A DNA stretch of 55,012 nucleotides from an uncultured bacterium. Its GTDB lineage: Bacteria; Omnitrophota; Omnitrophia; Omnitrophales; CAZLUT01. The position numbers and the translations under genes were made by a program. Below the pieces are notes generated by a model. The model was given only the letters and a program-made list of their open reading frames with translations, had not been told where the DNA came from and searched no databases. Of the stretch, positions 7,906-18,288 are shown one piece after another (position 1 is the first letter of the stretch; each line of letters opens with the position of its first letter). The stretch lies in contig CAZLUT010000004.1 of the NCBI GenBank assembly GCA_964562805.1, positions 1 to 55,012 on the forward strand, in the 5' to 3' direction.

Positions 7906-9171
7906 TTAGGCAACCTGAGGTAATAGATCGCCTTTTTCCGCCCATCTTTGGATGGCCGGTAATGTCATAAATTTTTTCCAGATTTTCCCGTCAATAAAAT
8001 TTTCAATCATAAGCACTGTGATTCCCTGATCAATGGCAATATATTCTTTAGAAAACCACTTTTTCCCCAAATTGTAACTGTCAGTGAACCCATAACGGGT
8101 AAAAATTTTATCTTTCATTTGCCACATATTCCGGGTCGCGTCCAAAGATTCTTGTGGTGTAAAAGGTAAAGAGCCGATAGCTCCTGAGGGCGCAATGGTT
8201 CCATCACTTCGGCATTTATTGCCGCAAGGAGGAGCTCCGTAAGCCACGTAACCGGCGGGCCCCAGGCAAGCGGTTAGGCCCCAAGATGTCTTATAACCCG
8301 GGTATTGGTCAGAGCCGGCAAGCGAAAATTCTTTATTCGCAAGACTTGCGTTGATTGAGTTAGTAAAATAATTAATTCCATCATCGTTTAAGCTCCTGAA
8401 ATCAATAAAAGCGTGTGAATATTGGTAAGTAAAAAGAGAGCCCGAAAAGGCATAAACAATTTCTTTACCTTCGTAGTTATCCTTTGTCCTTCTCCACTCT
8501 TTCCAAACTTCTGTGCTGGTGGGATTGCGGCTAGCGCCCAAGGAAAGCGCCTGTAAAATTAAATGCTCACTGTACATATCCCAGTAATGGGGCAGAAACC
8601 CCCGCTCAGGTTTCCAGCCATGACTAATCATGTAACGATTGTTGGTCATCCACTCCCAATCAACGCGCTTATAAATCTGGTTAGCCAATCGCTCAATTTC
8701 AGTATCTTTAAAAACCTGACCCACGTAAAGAGCGCCCGCAATAAAAAGTGCTGTGTCAATCGAGGAAGCTTCAGAAGCCCAGGCTCGTCTGGCTGTTTTA
8801 GGGTTTAAAAAATGGTAAAAGAAACCGTTTTTATGTTCAGCTCTTTTTAAAGCGGTATGGAGGGTTTGCCGGGCTCTTTTGTAGGCCTCACTGTGGCTTA
8901 ACCAGCCGTTTTCTTTGGCAATTCCTAAGCCGGCTAAATAAAAGCCGGTTGCGGCAATTGAGGCGGGCGAGCCTGGCTGGCTGGAGTCTCGAGTAAGACC
9001 TGTTGAGCTGTCTGTAAAATCTAGGAAAAATTGAAAAGAATTGCGGGAAATTTTAGAGAGCATTTTATAGTCTTCGCCCGAAATTTTAAGGGCAAAGCCG
9101 GAAGCAGAAAACGCAAAACAAATAGCCGAAAAAACAATAAAAAGGAAGAGCGAGGTTTTGAGAAACCTCAT
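7906..9171 (-). CDS. Exported glucoamylase-like (DUF3131/GH144-type) glycoside hydrolase
   Basis: Signal peptide; SIAATGF, NGFFYHF, SSIDTALF, GSLFTYQYSH, YGFTDSYN, IDQGI. Confidence 0.78.
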   Translation of the reverse strand: MRFLKTSLFLFIVFSAICFAFSASGFALKISGEDYKMLSKISRNSFQFFLDFTDSSTGLTRDSSQPGSPASIAATGFYLAGLGIAKENGWLSHSEAYKRARQTLHTALKRAEHKNGFFYHFLNPKTARRAWASEASSIDTALFIAGALYVGQVFKDTEIERLANQIYKRVDWEWMTNNRYMISHGWKPERGFLPHYWDMYSEHLILQALSLGASRNPTSTEVWKEWRRTKDNYEGKEIVYAFSGSLFTYQYSHAFIDFRSLNDDGINYFTNSINASLANKEFSLAGSDQYPGYKTSWGLTACLGPAGYVAYGAPPCGNKCRSDGTIAPSGAIGSLPFTPQESLDATRNMWQMKDKIFTRYGFTDSYNLGKKWFSKEYIAIDQGITVLMIENFIDGKIWKKFMTLPAIQRWAEKGDLLPQVA

Positions 9172-9836
9172 TTTGATGTCTTGAATCTGGAAAGAATTTT
9201 TTCCAGCAAACCTTTCGAGTTATCGGGGCCTGTGCTTGCTATTTCAGCAGCTTTGTTCTTGAGGGTTCCGATGTCTTCATCGAGGGAGGTAGCCATTTCA
9301 TTAAAACTTTTCGAAAGCCACTGCGCCTCATCTTTCTTTCTTAAATGAGCGCGAGTCGTGAGATCTCCATTTTTTATTTTCTTAAAGCATTGATCAAATC
9401 GATATAGAGGCCCCGCGATTTTGTGCGACAGAAAAATAGTGCCCCACGCAATAAATACCAGGAGGGGAATCAGATAAATCAAAAGTTTTTGGTTGGTGCG
9501 GTAGAGTATTTCTTGAAAAACTTCCCGCTCTTTTTGGCTTAGGAGCTCAGTTTCTTTAATGAATTTTAGAGCAGCGCCCGATGTTTCATCACCGGTTTCA
9601 ATAGCCCGCGCTTTTTCATATTGGAAAATACGGTTAGCAACGATGAGTTGATTGCGAATCCCCTCGTTGGAAAGCTCTTTTAAAACAGAGCCCCAAATTC
9701 CGAAATACATGCTGGCTAAAGAGGCGCCCATAACTACCAAGAGAATGATTACAATTTGAAACATATAGCGCAATTGAAAAGCGCGATTGATGAAAAAATG
9801 TTTTCGCACGTGCGATTTTTGAGAAGCCTCAGTCAT
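9168..9836 (-). CDS. Two-TM HAMP-domain membrane protein without an output domain
   Basis: HFFINRAFQLRY N-terminus, two TM helices, SHKIAGPLYRF...GDL...LRKKDE...FNEM. Confidence 0.72.
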   Translation of the reverse strand: MTEASQKSHVRKHFFINRAFQLRYMFQIVIILLVVMGASLASMYFGIWGSVLKELSNEGIRNQLIVANRIFQYEKARAIETGDETSGAALKFIKETELLSQKEREVFQEILYRTNQKLLIYLIPLLVFIAWGTIFLSHKIAGPLYRFDQCFKKIKNGDLTTRAHLRKKDEAQWLSKSFNEMATSLDEDIGTLKNKAAEIASTGPDNSKGLLEKILSRFKTSK

Positions 9837-9926
9837 GCGGGAATTATAGCGAAACTTTTAAAAAATGTCTTCTCTTCTCTCCATTTTCTACCATCACTCA
9901 AGCCCACATCTGACCGATTAAGAACT

Positions 9927-9954
9927 TTGAAAATTTTTGTAACTTTGATAGTAT
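9927..9954 (+). promoter_or_regulatory. Extended -10 promoter of glmS
   Basis: TTGAAA-N16-TAGTAT with TG at 9946-47; ATG 9 nt downstream, no SD. Confidence 0.45.
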
Positions 9955-9963
9955 CACTCAATC

Positions 9964-11802
9964 ATGTGCGGAATTGTTGGTTATATCGGTAATCGTAAAC
10001 TCATACCCTTATTGGTAGATGGGTTGGGCCGCTTGGAGTATCGCGGATATGATTCGAGCGGCATTGCTTTTTTGGACGAAAAAAAAGGCAATATTACCTG
10101 TTTTAAAGAAAAAGGAAAACTTGCAGCCCTTAAAGCGGAACTTGCCGGTGTTTCAGGCGCCGGAGCCGTTGGAATTGGACATACTCGCTGGGCTACTCAC
10201 GGATCACCCTCTAAGGTCAATGCCCACCCTCATCTGGATGAGAACCGAGAATTTGCGGTGGTTCAAAATGGAATTGTTGAGAATTATGCTGAGCTTAAAG
10301 AAGAGCTTATCCGCAAAGGACACAAATTTGCTTCAGAGACCGATACTGAAGTTTTAGTCCACTTACTCGAAGACAATTACCACGGAGATTTTTTAAAAGC
10401 CTTTCGTAAGTCTATCCAAAAACTCCAGGGCTTTTTTGTTTTTGCCGCCATTTCAAAACGCGATCCTGATATGCTTCTGGCTTTTCGCCGTTCAAACCCT
10501 CTGGTGATAGGTCTTGGTAAAAATGAAAATTTTTTAGCGAGTGACGTGGCCCCGCTCTTAACTTATACAAAACGCGTTATTTACCCTGAAGATGATCAGG
10601 TGGTGATGGTCCGCAAGAAGCGGGTTGATATTTTTGAGCTGTCTACCGGCAACTCGGTTCGAAAAAAGACAGTGAACGTCAAATGGAATATTGAACAGGC
10701 GGAAAAAGACGGTTATCCGCACTTTATGCTTAAAGAGATTTATGAACAGCCAATGGTTGCAGCGCAAACCCTGGCAAAGGATACTAAGAATAAAGAGCAT
10801 ATTGTATTCGAGGGTTTGGATAAGAAAGCTGAAGATATGATTCGTAAGGCGCGCAAAATATTTGCGGTCAGTTGCGGTACAGCCTATCACGCCTGTATGG
10901 TAGGTAAATATTTGACAGAGGATTTTGTTCGAATGCCGGTCGAGTGCTGGGTTTCAAGCGAGTTTCGTTATGCGGACCCTATTATTAATTCCAAAGACTT
11001 GGTTATCTTGATTACTCAATCCGGTGAGACAGCAGATACGCTGGCCGCTCTACGAGAGGCGCGCGCTAAAGGCGCTTATATTATTGCTATCTGCAATGTT
11101 GTGGGCAGCACGATTGCCAGGGAATCCGATGTTGCTCTCTATACTCATGCCGGCCCCGAAATTGGAGTAGCTTCGACTAAAGCCTATATTTCCCAATTAC
11201 TGTGCATGACCTTGCTAAGCCTTCAGATCGCAAAAATTCGTCAGAAAATCGATCCTGTAACTTTAAGGAAGCATTTAAAAACAATCCAAACGTTGCCCGC
11301 CGCCATCAAAAAAACTCTTAAGAGTGATCGGCAAATTAAAAGAGTTGCTAAGAAATTAGCTAAAAGCAAAAACTACCTTTATTTGGCAAGAGGTTACAAT
11401 TACCCAACAGCCTTAGAGGGAACCCTTAAATTGCAGGAAATATCCTATGTTCATGCTCATGGATATGCAGCAGGAGAGATGAAACATGGTCCAATCGCTT
11501 TGGTCGATAAGAAGCTGCCCGTCATTTGCATTTGCCCCCAATCAGTAACTTATGAAAAGATGGCTTCAAACGTTGAAGAAATTAAAGCAAGAAACGGCAT
11601 CCTGGTAACAGTTGTTTCAGAAAAAGACGCTCATATCAAAAAGCACTCTGATTATTCTTTTGAAATTCCAAAGGTTCCTGAATACCTATCGCCTATTTTA
11701 ACTATCATCCCACTTCAGCTGATGGCTTATTACATAGCTGTTTTTAAAAATTGCGATATTGATCAACCTCGAAATCTCGCTAAATCCGTAACAGTCGAAT
11801 AA
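9964..11802 (+). CDS. glmS: Glutamine--fructose-6-phosphate aminotransferase
   Basis: MCGIVG, RGYDSSG, GHTRWATHG, SQSGETADT-like motif, GEMKHGP, PRNLAKSVTVE. Confidence 0.97.
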   Translation: MCGIVGYIGNRKLIPLLVDGLGRLEYRGYDSSGIAFLDEKKGNITCFKEKGKLAALKAELAGVSGAGAVGIGHTRWATHGSPSKVNAHPHLDENREFAVVQNGIVENYAELKEELIRKGHKFASETDTEVLVHLLEDNYHGDFLKAFRKSIQKLQGFFVFAAISKRDPDMLLAFRRSNPLVIGLGKNENFLASDVAPLLTYTKRVIYPEDDQVVMVRKKRVDIFELSTGNSVRKKTVNVKWNIEQAEKDGYPHFMLKEIYEQPMVAAQTLAKDTKNKEHIVFEGLDKKAEDMIRKARKIFAVSCGTAYHACMVGKYLTEDFVRMPVECWVSSEFRYADPIINSKDLVILITQSGETADTLAALREARAKGAYIIAICNVVGSTIARESDVALYTHAGPEIGVASTKAYISQLLCMTLLSLQIAKIRQKIDPVTLRKHLKTIQTLPAAIKKTLKSDRQIKRVAKKLAKSKNYLYLARGYNYPTALEGTLKLQEISYVHAHGYAAGEMKHGPIALVDKKLPVICICPQSVTYEKMASNVEEIKARNGILVTVVSEKDAHIKKHSDYSFEIPKVPEYLSPILTIIPLQLMAYYIAVFKNCDIDQPRNLAKSVTVE

Positions 11803-11810
11803 ACCCCTCA

Positions 11811-11842
11811 TACTAACCACTACCAACTAACTACTAACCACT
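11811..11842. repeat. Degenerate heptamer array (TAACCAC family)
   Basis: tac-TAACCAC-TACCAAC-TAACTAC-TAACCAC directly after the glmS stop. Confidence 0.7.
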
Positions 11843-11861
11843 TAAAACCGGAGGTTTTATT

Positions 11862-12035
11862 ATGGCTAAGAAACTAAAAAAAATGTCTCGATCTAAAGTG
11901 AAGACTTTTAAAATTAAAAATCGCAAAGGTTATGCCGCCATTTGCATGAATAATCTAACCGAAGGCCCCTCAAGCGCTGAAGCCGTAAGACGCATGGCAA
12001 AAGCTGTAAAAAGACAAGGTTATCTTTTAGCTTAG
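11862..12035 (+). CDS. Small basic hypothetical protein (57 aa), absent from the ORF track
   Basis: SD GGAGG at 11850-54; translates MAKKLKKMSRSKVKTFKIKNRKGYAAICMNNLTEGPSSAEAVRRMAKAVKRQGYLLA*. Confidence 0.72.
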   Translation: MAKKLKKMSRSKVKTFKIKNRKGYAAICMNNLTEGPSSAEAVRRMAKAVKRQGYLLA

Positions 12036-12162
12036 AGCTACTCGATTTTAATCTTAAAAAAAATAAAAAAAAGCTTGGCGAATTAAATCATATCAGTATA
12101 TTAGCTACCCTTTTGTCATAATAAGATTTTTAACTCCGGTAATAAGGAACTAAATATAAAAA

Positions 12163-12179
12163 TTGGCATGTTTTGTGCT
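12163..12179 (+). promoter_or_regulatory. sigma-54 (-24/-12) promoter candidate for gltBD
   Basis: TTGGCATGTTTTGTGCT: GG(12165-66)-N10-GC(12177-78), 58 nt before the gltB ATG. Confidence 0.55.
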
Positions 12180-12237
12180 TAGTATAAGGTGGAAAGGTCT
12201 ACCTTTTTTAGGGTATTAAGGTAAAAACAGGTAAAAA

Positions 12238-15200
12238 ATGAACAACCTCTATAGTAAAAAACAAGGCTTATACGACCCCCGGACCGAACATGATGCCTGT
12301 GGCGTTGGTTTTGTGGCTCACATTAAAGGCGAAAAAAGCCACAAAATTGTAAGAAACTCTATTGAGATTCTCGAAAATCTGGAGCATCGGGGTGCTTGCG
12401 GCTCAGACCCAAAAACAGGAGATGGGGCTGGAGTGCTTATTCAGTTGCCTGATAGTTTTTTCCGGAAAGTTTGTCCTGAGCTCAAAATAGAGCTTCCCGG
12501 CATGGGCGAATATGGCGCGGGCCTTATCTTTCTTCCAACCTTGCCTGATGAAAGAAATCAATGTGAAGAATGGTTTGAACATGTTACGAGAGAAGAGGGA
12601 CAAAAGTTCCTGGGCTGGCGTTCTGTTCCGCATAATTCAAGCGAGATAGGACATGTGGCTCATTCGGTAGAACCTGAATTAAAGCAAATTTTTATTGCCC
12701 GAGGCAAAAACACCAAAGATCAGAACGCTTTTGAGCGCAAACTTTTCGTAATCCGTAAACGGATCGAGAAAAAAGTGCGCGAATCCCATTTGATGCAAAA
12801 AGATTATTTTTACACCTGTAGCCTTTCGAGCCGAACTTTTGTGTATAAAGGTCAATTGATGGCAACTCAATTGGATCGGTTTTATCCTGATTTGGCCGAT
12901 GAAGATATGGTTTCAGCTATTGCAATGGTTCATTCCCGCTATAGCACGAACACTTTCCCGACCTGGTCATTGGCACACCCGTACCGGGTAATGGCCCATA
13001 ATGGCGAAATTAATACGCTAAGAGGCAATATTAATTGGATGCATGCGCGAGAAATGCAGTTTGTGAGTGAGCTTTTTGGTGATGATATTGAAAAAATCCG
13101 ACCTGTCATAACTCCGGACGGAAGTGATTCAGCCACCTTTGACAATGCGCTAGAAATGCTGGTTGCTTGCGGGCGCTCGCTTCCTCATGCCGTTATGATG
13201 ATGGTTCCTGAGGCATGGAGCGGGCATGAGAGTATGGATGAAAGTAAAAAAGCTTTTTATGAGTATCATTCTTGTTTGATGGAACCATGGGACGGTCCGG
13301 CTTCCATTGGCTTTACGGACGGCCGTTACATAGGAGCTGTTTTAGACCGCAACGGGCTTAGACCCTCTCGTTTCTGGGTTACAAAGGATGATTTTGTCGT
13401 TATGGGTTCAGAGGCCGGAGTGTTAGCAATTCCTCAAGACAATATTTTAAAAAAAGGGCGTCTCCAGCCGGGAAAAATGTTTTTGGTCGATACCGAAGAG
13501 GGCAGAATTGTTGATGACGCGGAATTAAAACAGGATTATTCAACCCGCAAGCCATACGGGGAGTGGGTGAAAAAAAATATTGTTACTTTTGACGATCTTC
13601 CCAAGCCCAAAAAAATAGAGGGTCTCAATAAAGAAAAGCTTCTTGAAAGACAAGTTGCTTTTGGTTACACCTTAGAGGATATTAAATTTTTGATTCAGCC
13701 GGTTGCTTCAGAAGGTCAGGAAGCCACCGGTTCAATGGGAGCTGACAATCCATTAGCGGTCCTTTCAAATAAGCCGCAGCTTCTTTTTAATTACTTCAAG
13801 CAGCTTTTTGCTCAAGTAACAAATCCGCCGGTGGACCCGATCCGTGAAGAAATTATTATGTCAATGGATATGATGTTGGGCTCAGAACAAAATCTTTTAG
13901 AAGAAACTCCGAGGCATGCGAGACGCTTAAGAGTTTTTGAAACCATTCTTTCAAATGAAGAGTTAGAAAAAATTTGTGAGCTTGATCAAGAAGGCTTAAA
14001 AACTGTTACTTTGCCTATTCTTTTTGAAAAAGAGAAAGGGTCTGGAGGACTTAGCCGAGAACTCGAATTGCTTTGTAAGAAGGCAGATGAAGCTATTGAA
14101 AAGGGCGCTACTATTCTAATTCTTTCTGATCGCGGTGTTAATTCAAGTAACGTGCCTATGCCCTCGCTTTTAGCGTGCGCGGGACTTCACCATCACTTGA
14201 TTCGTCAAGGCACCCGAACCAAGGTTAGTTTGGTTTTAGAAACAGGTGAAGCTCGTGAGATGCATCACTTTGCGGTATTGATCGGATATGGCGCTAACGC
14301 TATTAACCCCTATTTGCTTTTTGAAACAATCGAAGATGAGGTTAATAAAGGCACTTTTCCCTCACGGCTTACGGCTGATATTGTTAAAAAGAATATTGTA
14401 AAAGCTTCGCGCAAAGGGCTTTTTAAAATTATTTCTAAAATGGGGATTTCCACCATCCAATCTTATTGCGGTGCTCAAATTTTTGAAGCCGTTGGATTGG
14501 GAGAAGCGTTAATCAATAAATATTTTACAGCTACGGTTTCTCGAATTGGCGGTATTGGAATTGCTGAGGTGGCCGAGGAAATGATACGCCGCCATGAAGC
14601 GGCTTTTCCGGAGTGTGAAGTTGGAGAGCCAGCCTTGGACAACGGCGGTTATTATGCTTGGCGCCGGGACGGAGAGCACCATCAAATCAACCCCAAGGCA
14701 ATAGCTTTATTTCAGCAGGCCGTTCGTTCGGGCAATTATGAGCTTTATAAACAATATGCTGATCTAATGAATAATCACTCAAAGAATTTAGCTACCTTGA
14801 GGGGTTTGGTAAAATTCAGAAAAGGTAATCCGATCTCTATTAACGAAGTAGAGCCTGCCTCAGAAATTGTAAAACGATTCGCGACAGGTGCTATGTCTTT
14901 TGGCTCCATCTCGAGAGAAGCGCATGAAACTTTAGCAATTGCAATGAATCGTCTCAAAGGTTTTTCCAATACCGGCGAGGGAGGAGAAGACCCAAAGCGT
15001 TTCAAACCGGATTCCAACGGAGATTTAAGACGAAGCCGCATTAAGCAGGTGGCTCAGGGACGTTTTGGTGTTACGATCGAATATTTAGTCAATTCGGATC
15101 AAATGCAAATTAAAATGGCTCAAGGAGCCAAGCCTGGGGAAGGTGGCCAGCTTCCGGGACATAAGGTAAGCAAGGAGATCGCAGCTACTCGTTATACGAC

Positions 15201-16770
15201 ACCCGGTGTCGGACTTATCTCTCCACCTCCGCATCACGATATTTATTCTATTGAAGACTTAGCCCAGCTTATCCACGATTTAAAAAACGCAAATCGAGAT
15301 GCTGATGTGAGCGTTAAGCTTGTTGCTGAAATCGGTGTCGGTACCGTTGCGGCAGGTGTATCAAAGGGTAAATCAGATCATGTTTTAATTAGCGGATTTG
15401 ATGGCGGCACGGGTGCATCACCCCAAACTTCAATTAAGCACGCAGGGCTTCCTTGGGAACTGGGCTTAGCTGAAACTCAGCAAGTTCTCGTGATGAATGA
15501 TTTAAGAGGACGTATTCGCGTTCAGACCGATGGCCAATTCAAAACAGGGCGCGATGTAGCGATTGCTTCGATGTTGGGAGCGGATGAATTTGGTTTTGCG
15601 ACAACGGCACTTATGGCTATGGGATGTGTGATGATGCGAAAATGTCACTTGAATACTTGTTCTGTTGGCATTGCCACACAAGACCCCGAGCTTAGAAAGA
15701 AATTTGCAGGCCGTCCTGAATATGTAGTTAACTTTTTTACTTTTGTAGCGGAAGAAGTGCGTGAGATTATGGCAGAGCTTGGAGTTAGAACAATGGCTGA
15801 AATGACAGGCCAGGTTGATATGCTTGATGCTAATGACGCTATCCGACACTGGAAAGCCGAGGGGCTGGATCTGACGAATATTCTTCATAAGCCGGATGTT
15901 CCTAAAAATATCGCAATTCGTCATACCGGCACGCAGGATCATGGGCTCGAGAAAGCGCTTGATAATAAAATCATCGAAATTTGTAAGCCGGCTATTGAAA
16001 AGAAAAAGAAAGTTAAAACCGAGCTTCCCATTCGAAATATTAACCGAACGGTTGGAACTATTTTGAGCTCCGAGATTGCGAAGCGCTATGGATTGGAAGG
16101 GCTCCCCGAGGAGACGATTCATATTCACTTCAAAGGTTCGGCTGGCCAAAGTTTTGGTGCTTTCTTGTCGCATGGGGTTACTTTCGAACTTGAGGGCGAT
16201 GCGAACGACTATATGGGTAAAGGCCTTTCAGGCGGGCGCATCATTGTTTATCCGTCGAAGAAATCGAGTTTTGTGCCCGAAGAAAACATTATTGTTGGCA
16301 ATGTGCTTCTTTATGGAGCTATTCAGGGAGACGTTTATATTCGCGGCATTGCAGGGGAGCGTTTCTGTGTCCGCAACAGCGGCGCTAATGCGGTTGTCGA
16401 AGGCATCGGAGATCATGGGTGTGAATATATGACAGGAGGCCGCATCGTTGTTATTGGCCCGTCGGGCCGTAATTTTGCCGCTGGAATGAGCGGTGGAATT
16501 GCCTATGTGTGGGACCAGGATAAAACGTTTGCTAATCACTGCAACTTGGGAATGGTGGATTTGGTACCGGTTAAAGAAGAAGCTGATATTAAGGTAATGA
16601 GAACTTTAATTGAAAACCACCTGAAATTTACAGGCAGCACCGTGGCAAAAAAGATTTTGGATAACTGGGATTCTATTCTGGGAGAATTTATTAAAGTTTA
16701 CCCCAGAGATTATAAACGTGTTCTTGAGGAAGCCGCACGTATCGCTAAAGAAAAAGAGGTGGGCGTCTAA
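12238..16770 (+). CDS. gltB: Glutamate synthase large subunit
   Basis: EHDACGVG, HSRYSTNT, HNGEINT, EPWDGPA, KMAQGAKPGEGGQLPG, CHLNTC. Confidence 0.97.
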   Translation: MNNLYSKKQGLYDPRTEHDACGVGFVAHIKGEKSHKIVRNSIEILENLEHRGACGSDPKTGDGAGVLIQLPDSFFRKVCPELKIELPGMGEYGAGLIFLPTLPDERNQCEEWFEHVTREEGQKFLGWRSVPHNSSEIGHVAHSVEPELKQIFIARGKNTKDQNAFERKLFVIRKRIEKKVRESHLMQKDYFYTCSLSSRTFVYKGQLMATQLDRFYPDLADEDMVSAIAMVHSRYSTNTFPTWSLAHPYRVMAHNGEINTLRGNINWMHAREMQFVSELFGDDIEKIRPVITPDGSDSATFDNALEMLVACGRSLPHAVMMMVPEAWSGHESMDESKKAFYEYHSCLMEPWDGPASIGFTDGRYIGAVLDRNGLRPSRFWVTKDDFVVMGSEAGVLAIPQDNILKKGRLQPGKMFLVDTEEGRIVDDAELKQDYSTRKPYGEWVKKNIVTFDDLPKPKKIEGLNKEKLLERQVAFGYTLEDIKFLIQPVASEGQEATGSMGADNPLAVLSNKPQLLFNYFKQLFAQVTNPPVDPIREEIIMSMDMMLGSEQNLLEETPRHARRLRVFETILSNEELEKICELDQEGLKTVTLPILFEKEKGSGGLSRELELLCKKADEAIEKGATILILSDRGVNSSNVPMPSLLACAGLHHHLIRQGTRTKVSLVLETGEAREMHHFAVLIGYGANAINPYLLFETIEDEVNKGTFPSRLTADIVKKNIVKASRKGLFKIISKMGISTIQSYCGAQIFEAVGLGEALINKYFTATVSRIGGIGIAEVAEEMIRRHEAAFPECEVGEPALDNGGYYAWRRDGEHHQINPKAIALFQQAVRSGNYELYKQYADLMNNHSKNLATLRGLVKFRKGNPISINEVEPASEIVKRFATGAMSFGSISREAHETLAIAMNRLKGFSNTGEGGEDPKRFKPDSNGDLRRSRIKQVAQGRFGVTIEYLVNSDQMQIKMAQGAKPGEGGQLPGHKVSKEIAATRYTTPGVGLISPPPHHDIYSIEDLAQLIHDLKNANRDADVSVKLVAEIGVGTVAAGVSKGKSDHVLISGFDGGTGASPQTSIKHAGLPWELGLAETQQVLVMNDLRGRIRVQTDGQFKTGRDVAIASMLGADEFGFATTALMAMGCVMMRKCHLNTCSVGIATQDPELRKKFAGRPEYVVNFFTFVAEEVREIMAELGVRTMAEMTGQVDMLDANDAIRHWKAEGLDLTNILHKPDVPKNIAIRHTGTQDHGLEKALDNKIIEICKPAIEKKKKVKTELPIRNINRTVGTILSSEIAKRYGLEGLPEETIHIHFKGSAGQSFGAFLSHGVTFELEGDANDYMGKGLSGGRIIVYPSKKSSFVPEENIIVGNVLLYGAIQGDVYIRGIAGERFCVRNSGANAVVEGIGDHGCEYMTGGRIVVIGPSGRNFAAGMSGGIAYVWDQDKTFANHCNLGMVDLVPVKEEADIKVMRTLIENHLKFTGSTVAKKILDNWDSILGEFIKVYPRDYKRVLEEAARIAKEKEVGV

Positions 16771-18233
16771 TGGGTGATATTCGGGGCTTCATGCATTTTG
16801 AGCGGCAGGATTTTCAGAAAGAGCCGATTAATATCCGTTTAAAACATTGGAAAGAATTTACAAAACTTTTACCGAACGAAGAGCTTCATAAGCAAGGGGC
16901 TCGCTGCATGGATTGCGGTGTACCTTTCTGCATGGCGGGTTGTCCGATCGGTAATATTATTCCTGATTGGAATGATCTCGTTTATAAGGACAGGTGGAAG
17001 GAAGCCGTTGGCAGGCTTCACCGAACCAATAACTTCCCTGAGTTTACCGGCCGGGTCTGCCCGGCTCCTTGCGAGAACGCCTGTGTTTTATCAATCACAG
17101 AACCTGCTGTTACGATTAAAAATATTGAAGTTGCCATTGTTGAACGCGCTTACGAAGAGGGGTGGTTAAAACCAGAGCCTCCCAAGAAAAGAACAGGAAA
17201 AAAAGTAGCTGTCATCGGTTCAGGGCCTTCGGGGCTTGCCTGCGCTGACCAGCTCAATAAAGCAGGCCACGAAGTAACGGTGTATGAAAAAAATGAGGCT
17301 TTAGGCGGGCTTTTAATGCTAGGAATTCCTGATTTTAAATTAGATAAATATGTTATCGAAAGACGCGTTGAACGCATGAAGCGCGAAGGCGTTCATTTTA
17401 AAACCCGCGTTCATGTTGGAGTGGATATTTGCGCTAAAGAACTCAAGGAACAGTATGATGCCATTTGCTTGTGCGGAGGTGCTGAGACGAGAAGAGATTT
17501 ACCGGTTCCGGGCCGGGAGCTCGAAGGCGTTTACCAAGCGATGGACTTTTTACCTCAGCAAAATAGGCGCAACAATGGGTTCTCGCCTGATCCTAAATTT
17601 GATTTTATTGCTAAAGGTAAAAAAGTTGTTGTTTTGGGTGGAGGGGATACTGGTTCAGACTGTGTCGGAACCTCTAACCGCCAAGGGGCTGTCTCGGTAA
17701 AACAATTTGAGCTAATGCCGGAACTCCCTAAAGAAAGAGCTCCTGACAATCCGTGGCCGGGATGGGCTTTTATCAAAAGAATGTCCACTTCTCACGAAGA
17801 GGGCTGCGAGCAGGAATATCAAGTGATGACCAAAAAGTTTAGCGGTAAAAACGGTAAACTGGAAAAATTGCATGCTATACGCCTTGAATTCAGCCCTAAA
17901 GATCCTAAAACAGGCAGGGCTTCCATGAAAGAAATTCCGGGTTCCGAATTTGAGGTAGAAGCCGATCTCGTTATTTTAGCTATGGGTTTTACGGGCCCCG
18001 TTAAAGAAGGAATGATTAATGAATTGGGGATCTCTCTTAACGAGAGAGGTAATGTCATTACAGATGAAAACAAAATGACAAACATTCCAGGAGTTTTTGC
18101 AGCAGGTGACATGGCTCGAGGTCAGTCCCTCGTTGTTTGGGCTATTCACGAAGGGCGTAATGCGGCAAATGGTGTCGATCAGTATTTAATGGAAAAATCA
18201 GCGCTACCTAAACTTTCTTCTATAGTACTTTAA
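16770..18233 (+). CDS. gltD: Glutamate synthase small subunit
   Basis: RCMDCGVPFC, NNFPEFTGRVCPAPCE, GSGPSG, GGGDTGSDC, AAGDMARGQSLVVWAI; TAATG coupling to gltB. Confidence 0.96.
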   Translation: MGDIRGFMHFERQDFQKEPINIRLKHWKEFTKLLPNEELHKQGARCMDCGVPFCMAGCPIGNIIPDWNDLVYKDRWKEAVGRLHRTNNFPEFTGRVCPAPCENACVLSITEPAVTIKNIEVAIVERAYEEGWLKPEPPKKRTGKKVAVIGSGPSGLACADQLNKAGHEVTVYEKNEALGGLLMLGIPDFKLDKYVIERRVERMKREGVHFKTRVHVGVDICAKELKEQYDAICLCGGAETRRDLPVPGRELEGVYQAMDFLPQQNRRNNGFSPDPKFDFIAKGKKVVVLGGGDTGSDCVGTSNRQGAVSVKQFELMPELPKERAPDNPWPGWAFIKRMSTSHEEGCEQEYQVMTKKFSGKNGKLEKLHAIRLEFSPKDPKTGRASMKEIPGSEFEVEADLVILAMGFTGPVKEGMINELGISLNERGNVITDENKMTNIPGVFAAGDMARGQSLVVWAIHEGRNAANGVDQYLMEKSALPKLSSIVL

Positions 18234-18288
18234 TTCAAATTTCTATAATTAAGTTTGAAAAAGGCTTTCTAAAAAGCTCTTTATTCTT

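Noticed and set aside
9837-9963. glmS ribozyme
   Set aside because: The promoter lies about 9 nt from the ATG and the region is shared with a divergent promoter; no room or matching sequence.
15502-16173. 223-aa antisense ORF, and other short overlapping ORFs in the track
   Set aside because: Fully inside well-conserved genes such as gltB, with no motifs or start signals.
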